Shown here piece by piece: positions 26,865-39,494 of a stretch of 64,000 nt of DNA. This DNA comes from Eledone cirrhosa (taxonomy: Eukaryota). The notes under the pieces were generated by a model. That model did no database searches, had not been told where the DNA came from, and worked only from the letters and a program-made list of their open reading frames with translations. The stretch spans positions 50,592,001 through 50,656,000 of the forward strand of contig OZ024743.1 in the NCBI GenBank assembly GCA_964016885.1, given 5' to 3'. The position numbers were made by a program, and so were the translations under genes. Position 1 is the stretch's first letter, and every line of letters starts with the position of its first letter.

Positions 26865-26905
26865 GTTGGTGCTGAAGAGTTAAAAGGAAGTGGAAAGGAA
26901 ATTAC

Positions 26906-28748
26906 TTACCTCTTCGTCTCCTGGGGACCAGGCTGCACAATTTCCATGGGGGTGTTGGAAGGGTTGTTTGGTGGGGTGGTGGTTTGTGGTGGGGTGAGGA
27001 CATCAGTGTGTGGTGGGATTGGGGTGTTTGGTGGGGTGTGGGTGTCTGGTGTGGGGGTGGGGAAACATCTCAATAGGACGCTGTTAAGTGGTTTGGTGCA
27101 GTTGGTCCCCACATGCATTGGATGGTTCTTTTTCAGAGTTACATAGATTTCCGTTGGGACCCTAATCATCATTAGGTGCGGTTTGTCCGCTGCGTAGGTG
27201 AAAGTGATCCCTTCGGTTTCCACCGAAGGGTTATTGTCTATTGCTTTCATCAAAGTTTTAATGTTTTTGTTAATGTATGTATAGAGTTTTTGTTGTGTTG
27301 TGTTTGTTTTTGTTTTTGTTTGTTGTTCTTGTGCGTGTTTACGTTTTGTAGTATGTGTTATGTTTTCGGGAGGAGTGGGTTTTTTTGTTTGTGATGTTTG
27401 TTCTGTTTGTGCTGGTGGTTGTGTGTTTGTTGCATTTTTGTTAATGTGGCGCCTTTTTTTTTCACCTGTTGAAAGGGTTCTCCCTCGTCGACACTGGGTG
27501 ACGTTGATACGGAGTTTTCTTCCGTGTTGTTGGGGAGGGGTATATTTTGGGGTTTTGTTGTGGTTGCTTTTGTATCTGTTTTAGGTGGGGAGGGGTTGGG
27601 TGGAACAGTGTCTTGTGTTGTTATTTTTTCGTGTTGTTGTAGTTGTTGTTGTTGTTGTGGTGGTGGTGGTGGTGGTGGTGGTGGTGGTGGTGGTGGTGGT
27701 GGTGGTGGTGGTGGTGGTGGTGGTGGTTGTGTTGTTGTGTTCGGGGTTGGCAGAAGAGCCTTTTTTTTTACTCGTTAATTGACGACAGGCAGCCCTCATG
27801 TGACCCCTGCTTAAGCAGTGGTAACATGACGGCCGCCTTCCCTCCACTGAAATGTTTATATAAGTTAGCCCGTCCAGAGGCACGCGTTGTGGGGTATTCG
27901 CTATTCGTTCTGGGCTCATTTGCACCAGAACTTCTACGCTGATCCCACCAAATACACCTCCGGGGGACTTTCCTACTGAAATTATCCTGTCTTCATCAAA
28001 GTCAATGAATCCACATAGTATCCACCAAATATTTACATTTGGTGTGATACTCATAATTTTTTATTCTTTGTGTTCTTTTTCCCCTGTATGTGGGGAAAAA
28101 GGTGAAGCGGGGGGACACAATGGGTGATACAGAGTATGTTTGTGCTGTTGGCTGGTTATTCATTAGCACCGAAATGCTACCAAACAGTTTTCCTTTTTGG
28201 ATGAAGGTTATGTCCTTCATTGCATCTTTTAGAACCAGCACATTTTCATTTTGTGATAATTGAGCTGGTTTTCTTGTTTCGTTAGATATTGTCCTGAAAA
28301 CCACAGTTTTCAGAACAGCTTCTCTACGTAATACCTGTGGAGAATTGATGCTAAAAGCACCGTTTTCGCCAAAAGTCATGAATTGTTTTGCGTCTTGTAG
28401 TAGTTGTTTAGCATTTGTTATGTCAATTGGCGTGTATAGTTCGTTTATTTTTACAGTCTGTGCGAACGTTGTTTTGGTGTTGTTGTCTTTTTTGTTGCTG
28501 TTGTTGTTGTCACTGTTGTTGATATTGTTCATGTTTTCCTTGGTGTTGTTATTGTTACAGTTGTTGGTTGTGGTGTTATTGTCATTGTTCTTGTTGTTGC
28601 GGGTTTGGTTCCGTGGTTTCAATTTTCAACGTTTTTCGATAATGCGAGGGGGGGAAGGCTGCAAGCTTTGTACTCCTACCTTCCCTCCACCACTTATCTT
28701 AGTGAACGTGGTACTCACGACAGTGTGCGAGGTTGAAATGGCATCCAT
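26906..28748 (-). pseudogene. Tx1 ORF1 with CCHC knuckle, frameshifted
   Basis: CAACAATGG start at 28748; RRPSCYHCLSRGHMRAAC; Asn/Thr low-complexity tracts. Confidence 0.8.
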
Positions 28749-29096
28749 TGTTGACTACCAAGTCTACACAGTTTTGAGATGAAAATGAAAATTTCGCCCC
28801 AGAAAGGGGCGAAAATTAGTTGACTCAACATCTGAAGGCCCAAGCAAGGGGTTAAACTAAACAATGCTAACAAATTGAACAATGAACTCACAGTTTTTTT
28901 AACAATAATCCGTAAAAATCCGGAGCGAAGTAATACACGTCTAGTGGTATATCGTAGTAGTATATAGAGAGGGTTAGAAAGTTATAATATTTTGCGCCGT
29001 TTGGCTGTATTAAACTGCATACAAGCACACAATCGCAGAGTTTTAGTAGTATAGAGATGTTATATTGATCACATTCCGCGATGAACATGAATAAAT

Positions 29097-29440
29097 AATT
29101 GTTTCTACTTTTGGCACATAAGGATGAAAGGCAAAGTTAACCGTGGTGGGATTTGAACTCAGAACGTAAAGGGACGGAACTATGCTGTAAAGCATGGCGT
29201 CTGACCCTAAACCGATATTGCCAATTCACCGCCCTGAACATAAATAAATAATTGTTTCTACTTTTGGCACAAGGCCAGCAATTACCCAATGCATTACTGG
29301 TACTTTATTCTATCGACCCCGTGAGGATGAAAGGCAAAGTTAACCCCGGTGGGATTTTGAACTCAGAATGGCAAGGGCCGTAACTCTATGCTGCAAAGCA
29401 TGGCGTCCGACCCTCTACCGATACTGCCAATCCACCGCCT
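29097..29440 (-). mobile_element. Two tandem family B SINE copies
   Basis: Reverse complement of 14267-14456; the first copy is internally deleted. Confidence 0.85.
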
Positions 29441-29798
29441 CTAAACATAAATAAATAATGTAATGTATATATATATATGTGTGTGTGTGTGAGTGGTGTG
29501 TGTGTGTGTGTGTGTAATAAAGTTACTATTCGAAGCAACACCACAAAAGAATTTTTTAAAAGACGAGATTACTTGTGTGTTATATATTTTCTCATTTTGA
29601 ATCTGTTGAGTTTTCTAATGGAACAAACGAGCTGCGAATGTTTGTTCTGTTCGGAAGGTATATCCTCAGACTATGAAAACACGCGGGGGCTACTCTTTCA
29701 CAGCGTCAACTAACCAATAACTCTTTTCTCTGCTGCATAAGAAGACACATGTGAAGGCGCATGGCTGAGTTGTTAGAGCATTGAGCTTGCAATGGTTG

Positions 29799-29851
<53 letters not shown>

Positions 29852-29855
<4 letters not shown>

Positions 29856-32210
29856 ATAATAATAAATTTGAAGACTAAAATCCAAAGAGGGCTCGATAAG
29901 GATAAATATATATCAAATATATAAGAACCGTAGAGAAAATATTTATTAAAATAACAGATTAAAGTTTAAACAAAGAATCGCTGCTTTCACCCTTAACGGG
30001 ATCTTCTGAAACTAACAAAGTCAATCTGTGAACGCAGAAGTGAGTATTTCAAAAAACGTTGCAACCGGAGGAAGACAGGAAGACGATACTTTGGTTCGTG
30101 GAAACGTTCCCTGGCAAAGAACGGGAAAAAACGAATATAATACGTCATTATTTGGAGCGGTGAAAAACAATTACACGCAAAGACAAAACCACGTTTATGC
30201 TCTACGGTTCTTATATATTTGATATATATTTATCCTTATCGAGCCCTCTTTGGATTTTAGTCTTCAAATTTATTATTATTACTATTTGGCTCCCTCGGTT
30301 GAGCACTTCATTGACTTATATTCATCATGCAGAAACAACATCTGAATATTTTTACAAAGAACATACCCGTACCAAGCAGGAAAACATACCTAAAACTCCT
30401 GATACAGAAAACAGACGCGTTCATTAAAAGGTTTCGTTGGCGTGCCTTTTATTTTGATAATCAGGGAAAAGCAGACAACAAACAGGATAAATTTGGGTTT
30501 AAAACTTATAATAACCCTCCGAGTATCCCAGCATTGCTACCCTTCGAAAATGATGTCTTGGAACTCATACGGAGTATCAAATTTCGGAATAGGAGCAATT
30601 CCTTCCAGCAAGACCTGAAGAATAGAATTCGTTCTATTAAGGATTCTAATGCCATGCATGTCCATTCCGACAAAACTGGCAACCTATATCAAGTGGAGCG
30701 CAGTACCTACCATCAACTACTACATAATGCTGCGACTAAGGATTACCGTAAAACTAATCGGTGCGTCATTAATCAAATCAACGATGCTGGGTTTAAAATC
30801 ACCTCCTATCTCAACATCCTGGACCGGACCGAACCTCTGGACTCTATTTCTCCCCACTTTACCCTGAGGATCACAAATCCAATTTTCCGAACAACCCCTC
30901 TATTCGGCTTATTAACCCTACGAAGTCCGATTTAGGTAGACTTAGTAAAAGGATTCTTGATAGAATTATACCTGAAATTAGAAGTTTGGCCCCTCTTGCA
31001 CTGTGGAACAATTCTTTCGCGGTGATTGACTGGTTCAACGGCATATGTAACAAGGAACATTGCCGTTTTATCCAATTCGACATCAATAATTACTACTCCT
31101 CCATCACTTTACCACTTCTCCTTAGAGCTATCAATTTTGCTAAACACTCACAGCGGTTAAAGATTTCGAAGTCGATGTCATCCTCAATGCCCGTAAGTCG
31201 GTGATTAATTTCGACGACTCTATTTAGATTAAAAAATCTAATAGTACCCCATTCGACGTGAGTATGGGCGCCAGCGATTCTACGGAGGTGACTGATCTTA
31301 TCGACCTTTTCCTTCTTTTCTCTATCAAGGACGAATTCCCCAACGAGGGCAGTGGTTTGTACCGTGATGATGGTCTTTTGACCATGACTAAGTGCGGCCC
31401 ACGTGCTTGCGACAGGTTCAGAAAACTCACAGCCTTCTTTAAAGGCTTCTTCAACCTCTCTATACAGGTTGAGGCCAACCTCTCGGTCGTTAATTACCTC
31501 GACGTTACCCTCAATTTATCGAATGGCTTGTATTACCCGTATAGAAAGCCGAATGATACGCTTAATTGCATAAGTAAGCATTTTAACCATCCTGCCATCA
31601 TAACCAAGAACCTGGTAAGAAACGTTTCTTTGAGGCTTTCCCGTCTAACGAGCATATTTTCAACGACCATTCCACATATTACAATGAAGCTCTTGCTCGG
31701 AGTGGATTTGTCGATAAGGTAGCATATACAGAGTACGAGAATAGATCTAGAAGAAATAGATCCCGACGCATTATATGGTATAACCCACCATATAATATGG
31801 AGGTGGCCACACCATTAGCTAAGATCTTTCTCTCCCTTATTACGAAGCATTTTGCCTCTACACATAAATATAGTAACATTTTTAATAGAAATACTATCAA
31901 AATTTCTTACTCTACGACTCCTAGCCTTGCACATAACATCACAGCTTCAAATTTAGCTGAACTACCTAGCCGTAGGAACACGTGCAACCCTGTAGTTAGT
32001 ACTAACTATAATTGTAGGAATCGGGTTGACTGCCCCCTATCCGGGAAATGCCTCTCTAGTAACATTGTCTACAAATGTAAGGTTGAAACACCCACGTCCC
32101 GTAGGGCCTACATAGGGTTAACCGCCAATAGATTCAAGCAGCGTCTTTACATGCATACCCATTCTTTTCGTTACCCTCTAAGAAGGAATATGACGTCACT
32201 TTCAGCTTAA
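29852..32210 (+). mobile_element. Penelope-like element (Naiad-type) with inverted 5' pLTR piece, 3'-truncated
   Basis: 84-bp inverted repeat (29852-29935 / 30200-30283) upstream of the ORF; starts at a (TA)n tract. Confidence 0.88.
30327..32210 (+). pseudogene. PLE RT-GIY-YIG ORF, frameshifted
   Basis: KNIPVP, RFRWRAF, SDKTGN, QFDINNYY, MGASD, GLYRDDGL, YLDVT, WYNPPY, NCRNRVDCPLSGKCL, IVYKC..AYIG..FKQR. Confidence 0.9.
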
Positions 32211-33051
32211 CATTTTATGAAGAACAGGTCGTAGAGATTCACCTCTATGTTCTTGTGGTGACTCTCCAGAAACTCTATGGCACTATTTGTTCCAATGTAG
32301 AAACTATCAGTCTGAGAGAGAGGCCATGTTGAAATCAATCTTTTAAAAAAGACTACCAATATTGTAAGTTCAATATAGGATTAAAGGTCTTCAAAATATA
32401 AACAAAATCTTTGAGTACATGGAAGCTAGGGAAAGATTCAACAGAAAATTCTGTTTTACAGCTTCCATTCTTTCATATTTTCTTTTTTGTTTTCATTTTC
32501 TTATCACATAATCTGCCTCCCTTCAATATTGGACATTTTTGGTTGTTTTCTTTTTTTTAATTTTTAACGTTTTTTATTATTTGTCTCACTAGCTCTTTTT
32601 TTATTACCAACTGTAAGGAGTACTCAATACTTCTCCTAATCTGCCATGGCTTACTAGCTCTATACGGACGTTTAAATTGAATAAATAAATAAATATCATA
32701 GTCTTGAGTTGATCCAAGCCTTGTTAGTGAAATTGGATGACGGAAACTGTGTGGAAGCCCACTGAATGAACTGTATCATACTGAATCTCGTCAATGGTAC
32801 ACGTGTCTGTGGAATTAACGTCAATGGTACACGTGTCTGTGGAATACTCAGCCACATGCACCTTAACTCCATGTATATATATATATGTGTATGTGTGTGT
32901 GTGTGTTTACGTGTGTGTGTGAGGGCGTGTGTTTGAGTGTGTGGACGTGTGGGAAAGAGTGAGAACGTGAGTATGTGTATATGTATAACACCTGTGAACT
33001 ACCCCCTCCGATCTCTCTCTCTGTATATATAATCTGTATAGAATCCACGCA

Positions 33052-33108
<57 letters not shown>

Positions 33109-33593
33109 CAGTAAATGTGTGTTTGTTTGTGTGTGTGTGATAATATGAGTAAGACGTAATGACGTCATTGAGTGACATTTGTGTGGTTATCTTTGGAGAA
33201 GTAATCAGTGTGAAGGGGGTGGGTGGGGGGTGACTAACTGATTAACTGATAAAAGGGAGGTGGGGTGGGGGTGATTAACTGATTAACTGATAGAGATAAT
33301 TAAGGAATACCAGTGTGTGCTGATTGGTAAAGTACCTGGCCTAATTGTTACAGTGTTCCACTCACGTTGTTAACGTGTATAATATATATATATATATATA
33401 TATACATATATATATTTTTTTTTCTATTGGAGATCCCTAAAAACCGGTTTGTCTGTGTATTTACATACAGAATAGCTGGACACTCACAGTAAAGTGACCA
33501 GTGAAAAACTCGGTACATCTACATATGTACACGTGTGTGTATTCATATGCATACTAGTATTTCAGTATACATATGTGGATGTACATTTTTAAC

Positions 33594-33651
<58 letters not shown>

Positions 33652-34298
33652 ATAGAAGTGGTAACACAACAGTTAGTTCATCATACCGAGAACAATTGTT
33701 TCACCTTAGCGGATCCTCAGCTCGTAATCTGTTGTGTAACCACTTCTACCAAACTCGTCCCATGGACTGAGTGCTCTACCACTACGGATATTACCTTCCA
33801 GTGTTCTACCTCTATATATATATTTCTCTTATCGAGTGGTCTTGGATTTCCTACCTATAGTTACTCGCACATTGCTCGGTTTGTTGTTGTTTTTCGCTGT
33901 TTTGTTAGTTTTCTCTTTTCTTCCCCTTTACTTTCCTTCCCTCCTTCCTCGGTTTTCCCAATAACTTATCCAGTTATTGACGCCCTGGGGCGAGGTTTAT
34001 TGTCTTTAAAGCGTAGAAATATCCAACACCTCGAGTAGACAATTGATGAGGACCCTCCACCCCACCCCACCTGTTCTTGCTTTCTTCGTATTCCCACTGA
34101 ATTTTAAATTACCTTAAATAGCAACTACACAACCATTTCTATAATATATAAACACACAGTTCGTAGCTGTGGATCCGCTAAGGTGAAACAATTGTTCTCG
34201 GTATGGTGAACTAACTGTTGTGTAACTACTTCTACCAAACTCGTCGCATGGACTGAGTGCTCTACCACTACGGATATTACCTTCCAGTGTTCTACCTC
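33652..34298. mobile_element. Small non-coding PLE-type unit with inverted hammerhead-bearing ends
   Basis: Minus HHR 33687-33724: CGAG-CTGAGGA-TCCGCTAAGGT-GAAA-CAATTG-TT-CTCG; inverted, mutated copy at 34162-34200; ~70-bp direct repeat at 33743-33812 / 34228-34298. Confidence 0.7.
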
Positions 34299-34317
34299 TC
34301 TCTATATATATATAGAG

Positions 34318-34387
<70 letters not shown>

Positions 34388-36175
34388 ATTTCTTTATTAG
34401 CCACAAGGGCAAAAGAAGGGGACAAATACAAATGGGGAGTTTACATAGAGGTATATGAAAATAAAACTATTAATAAAATAACAAATAACAATTGAAATCC
34501 CCAATAGGGGGAGGCGTTACACAGGGGTTGTACACACCCCGAAAAAATGTACAACCCTCATCTCCAGGAGCACCAAGAGTGAGTACTCCCTTCCTCTCTT
34601 CCTCTTTTTCCTCAACCGACAGGTTTATATAGAGAGAAGGCCGAACCACTCGAGCCATCTTTGCCACATTCACCCACCTTTTATAAAATTTGCTGGGGTA
34701 CAGCACCTCTCTCTCCATCCTGATTCTTCTTCCAAAATGATATTTGAAAAAACGAATCAGTTGCTTGCCGGAGAGAAAGGTGTCTTTTAACCTCGTCCAC
34801 CATATAACCTCTTTCACCATAGCGATAACACATAGGAAAACCGCCTGTCCCTCGTTTTTGAAAGAGAGTGGCGGTTTGATCATGACAATGGACTCGGTGG
34901 TCAACTGGATTGGTCCCACCCGCGAAATAGTCGTTCTACATAGCCCCACAGGTCGGTAACGCTCGGGCAGTGTACAAATGCGTGCGCGACGGTTTCCTCG
35001 TCGCGCACGCATCTCAGACAGATCTTTTTCGAAGGGTCCCTGCCCGGGCGTCCGTGTCTGTAGAGCTTGTCTCGAACTGGTAGAGCTCCTCGGTAGCACT
35101 GCCAGGCCAGGGACTTTTGGAAATTGTCCATTGGTCCCGGGCGGAAAGTCCTACCGAACAGACTAGCCAGTTCGTCCTCCTCTACGCCTAGAGTTTCTCC
35201 GAGCGCGTCGTCGTACTTGCTGCGGACCAACCCTCTATAGAATGTCGAAGTGGAGTCTCCACTGACCGCCGGGTCCGTGAGCGCCTGAGCACATTCGATT
35301 TGCCAGTCGCCCATTTTCCTCGGTCTTTGCTTGACTCAGGACTGCAGCTCGGTCAGCGAGACGAGTCGGAGGAAGGCTCGCCTCACGCACGAGGCCCACA
35401 CCGGTTGTCCGGTGAGGAATACGTGGAGGTGCCGCAGCCTGAGCGCGCGTTTGCGCATCGTCAGCCACGGTATCCCCAGCCCTCCGTTTGAGGGTGTTGG
35501 CAGCAGATGGATCTTCTCACCAAAGGAGCCCGTTTCTTCCAAAGGAATTGGAAGAGCGCGTGCTCCATTTTGTTGAGCGTTTTGGCTGGACAAGGCACGA
35601 CGGTCAAGTGGTAGTAGATGACGGACGCTATAAAAGTGTTCGCCACCTCCGCTCGACCTTTCAAGGATAGTTTGCACTCGGCCCACTTCTGGGTGAGCGC
35701 AAACACCTTGGCCGTCACCTCGTTCCAGTTCTTCTCCACCTGGAGGTCCAGACCAAACCAGACCCCGAGCAGCTTTACCGGTCCTGCGGTCCAGCGATCG
35801 ACGACACCATCGGAAAGGATCGGTTTTCCTATCCACGTTCCGAGTTGCAAACCGACGGATTTGTCCCGGTTCAGCTTCGCTCCTGTGAACCTTTCGTATT
35901 CCTCCAGTAAGGTGCCGACCTCCCCGATTTGCGAGGTGCTTGACACCATTATGGTTATGTCGTCGGCGTAGGCCCACGCCACTTTTCGCAGTTCCGGTTC
36001 CAAAGGGATGCCCTGCAATAGCTCCAACTTCCGCAGTAGTGGCTCGAGAGTCAGTACGTACAGAAGGGAGGGGAGAGGGCATCGTAGTCGGATGGATCGC
36101 GTGATATGGAACGGCTCCGAGAGGTAGCCTTTCACCTTGACCCTTGAGAAGATGTTGCTGCTGTACATTGCAGCA
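34388..36175 (-). mobile_element. 5'-truncated Tx1 copy (related to family 2) inserted in (GATA)n
   Basis: RT YADD through C-terminal finger and 3'UTR; GATA repeats on both flanks. Confidence 0.92.
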
Positions 36176-36311
36176 TAGATAGATAGAGAGATAGATAAAG
36201 AGATAGAGAGATAGAGAGATAGAGAGATATGTGTGTTATACCTGGTTGTTGTATAACATCTATATAATTGTGTGTTGTGTGTTAAACTTAGCGGCTGTAT
36301 ATTATTATAGT

Positions 36312-36500
36312 AGCGGTTGATTGGCAGTATCGGTAGAGGGTTGGACGCCATGCTTTGCAGCAAAGAGTTACGGCCCTTTATGGTCTGTGTTCAAATCCAG
36401 CCGACTTAACTTTGTCTTTCATCCTTACGGGGTCGATAAAATAAAGTACCAGTAATATACTGGAATAATTGCTAGCTTTGTACCAAAAGTAGAAACAATT
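36312..36500 (+). mobile_element. SINE family B
   Basis: Similar to 14267-14456. Confidence 0.85.
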
Positions 36501-36823
36501 ATTGTAAATGAGTGAGTTGTGTGCGTTAAACCTTACAAGTGTATAACAACATGTGTGTGTGTTGTGTGTCTAATGTTATGTTGTGTGGTGGCGTTGATTC
36601 GGTTGTTGTGTGAGTACTCGTGGATTCCTCGGTGATGTGGTCACTGTAGAGTGTAGGCGAAGGACGATTGATGTACTCGACAGTGTGACCAGAGATTGCA
36701 GGTGTGTAAGTAGCTGTGTTGATGATGATGATGAGATGATTCCTTGACCAAGTGATTTACTGATGTAATGAAATACATAAACCACAATAACAGAGACTTT
36801 CTATATTAATACTTTATTAAATA

Positions 36824-37415
36824 CTAGCAGTGGTACCCGGCGTTTTACGGGATAACATATTGTGAAATATATAACCGCCTTAGCTAAGCTTAGTATTGCT
36901 ACAACCACGGCTGGCAAAGAAGTAAGGGTCTGGTGGTATGTAAGTAAGCAACACTGTGGCTTAAAACGTGAGGAAGAAGTTGTGTGCACTTACCAACTGT
37001 TTGGGAATGAGTGTGAGATTTGTCTTGAGCAAGGGTGGCAGAATAACCGGATGCAGCAGACAGCCAGACATACAAACAGATATTATAAGGGCGCGTCCTG
37101 GACGCAGAGCGAACTTTAGGAAGTGACGTAATGCAGACAGCCAGACATGCAGACAGATATTATAAGAGCGCGACGTTATATGTATGTATCTATCTAAAAA
37201 GAAAAAGACTAAGAATTATAGAGAGAGATCGCTAAATCGCATAATGCGGTCCCTATGGCATTGAAAATTTGAAAAGACTTTTTGCCCAGAACACTCCCTG
37301 AAACATAAGTATTACATGTGTAAAGTTTGAAAACAATCGGTTGGGTGCTTCTCTAGTTTTAGGGATTCAAACTCACACACACACAGAGATACATCCTCAG
37401 TTTTATATATATAGA
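36824..37415 (-). mobile_element. Non-autonomous Helitron (deletion derivative of 5283-6203)
   Basis: On the minus strand reads A|TCTATATATATAAAACTG...GCCGGGTACCACTGCTAG|T, giving canonical TC...CTAG ends at an AT site. Confidence 0.88.
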
Positions 37416-37449
37416 TAACTTTAGTCCAAGTTATAACAATAGACTCACC

Positions 37450-37608
37450 ACCAGAGCTGGCCAGCCGCAGGGGTGAGCCTCTCGAGCTGGAACGGCTTTT
37501 CCAGCGCGTCTCCATTGCCGTCCTCCGGAGAAACGCCTTCTCCATTCTGTCCGCCGGGGCTGAGGGAAGGCCCCCACTATGATTGACTGACTTGTCATTT
37601 TATCAGTC
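37450..37608 (-). mobile_element. CRE-like 3' fragment (related to 8262-8410)
   Basis: Encodes LERLFQRVSIAVLRRNAFSILS with the same 3' tail as the 8.3-kb copy; coding sense is actually opposite to that copy (reads on the + strand). Confidence 0.6.
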
Positions 37609-37699
37609 GGATGTTTGTAGACATCACCCAGTTAAATATGAGTAACAAAGGCAGAGAGAATTCCACAATAGACGAAGAATAACCACAGTTGAATTGTGT

Positions 37700-39388
37700 G
37701 ATGTTATGTTATAGTTGTGATGTGTATGTTATAGTTGTGATGTGTATGTTATAGTTGTGATGTGTATGTTATAGTTGTGATGTGTATGTTATAGTTGTGA
37801 TGTGTATGTTATAGTTGTGATGTGTATGTTATAGTTGTGATGTGTATGTTATAGTTGTGATGTGTATGTTATAGTTGTGATGTGTATGTTATAGTTGTGA
37901 TGTGTATGTTATAGTTGTGATGTGTATGTTATAGTTGTGATGTGTATGTTATAGTTGTGATGTGTATGTTGTAGTTGTGATGTGTATGTTATAGTTGTGA
38001 TGTGTATGTTATAGTTGTGATGTGTATGTTATAGTTGTGATGTGTATGTTATAGTTGTGATGTGTATGTTATAGTTGTGATGTGTATGTTGTAGTTGTGA
38101 TGTGTATGTTATAGTTGTGATGTGTATGTTATAGTTGTGATGTGTATGTTGTAGTTGTGATGTGTATGTGTGTATGTTATAGTTGTGATGTGTATGTTAT
38201 AGTTGTGATGTGTATGTTATAGTTGTGATGTGTATGTTATAGTTGTGATGTGTATGTTATAGTTGTGATGTGTATGTTGTAGTTGTGATGTGTATGTTGT
38301 AGTTGTGATGTGTATGTTATAGTTGTGATGTGTATGTTATAGTTGTGATGTGTATGTTGTAGTTGTGATGTGTATGTTATAGTTGTGATGTGTATGTTAT
38401 AGTTGTGATGTGTATGTTATAGTTGTGATGTGTATGTTATAGTTGTGATGTGTATGTTGTAGTTGTGATGTGTATGTTGTAGTTGTGATGTGTATGTTAT
38501 AGTTGTGATGTGTATGTTATAGTTGTGATGTGTATGTTGTAGTTGTGATGTGTATGTTATAGTTGTGATGTGTATGTTATAGTTGTGATGTGTATGTTGT
38601 AGTTGTGATGTGTATGTGTGTATGTTATAGTTGTGATGTGTATGTTGTAGATGTGATGTGTATGTGTGTATGTTATAGTTGTGATGTGTATGTTATAGTT
38701 GTGATGTGTATGTTATAGTTGTGATGTGTATGTTGTAGTTGTGATGTGTATGTTATAGTTGTGATGTGTATGTTATAGTTGTGATGTGTATGTTGTAGTT
38801 GTGATGTGTATGTGTGTATGTTATAGTTGTGATGTGTATGTTGTAGATGTGATGTGTATGTGTGTATGTTATAGTTGTGATGTGTATGTTATAGTTGTGA
38901 TGTGTATGTTATAGTTGTGATGTGTATGTTGTAGTTGTGATGTGTATGTTATAGTTGTGATGTGTATGTTGTAGTTGTGATGTGTATGTGTGTATGTTAT
39001 AGTTGTGATGTGTATGTTGTAGATGTGATGTGTATGTGTGTATGTTATAGTTGTGATGTGTATGTTGTAGATGTGATGTGTATGTGTGTATCTGTGTATG
39101 TTATAGTTGTGATGTGTATGTGTGTATGTTATAGTTGTGATGTGTATGTGTGTATGTTATAGTTGTGATGTGTATGTTGTAGATGTGATGTGTATGTGTG
39201 TATCTGTGTATGTTATAGTTGTGATGTGTATGTGTGTATGTTATAGTTGTGATGTGTATGTTGTAGATGTGATGTGTATGTGTGTATCTGTGTATGTTAT
39301 AGTTGTGATGTGTATGTGTGTATGTTATAGTTGTGATGTGTATGTGTGTATGTTATAGTTGTGATGTGTATGTGTGTATGTTATAGTT
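37700..39388. repeat. 20-bp minisatellite (TGTGTATGTTATAGTTGTGA) with 28/36-bp variants
   Basis: Direct periodicity. Confidence 0.97.
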
Positions 39389-39494
39389 TCATGGGACTAA
39401 CATTTGTTGAAGTGGCACGGGAGTATGACTGCCTCCACTTGTTGGTCGAGAGGACCGAAGTGAGTGTTTGTTAACTACATTGTTGTGGTCGCTG

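Larger units (their letters stand above)
23203..28900 (-). mobile_element. Near-full-length Tx1/L1-clade retrotransposon, family 2
   Basis: ORF1, ORF2 and 3'UTR ending GCAAATAAATAGAAA; 5' boundary approximate. Confidence 0.92.
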
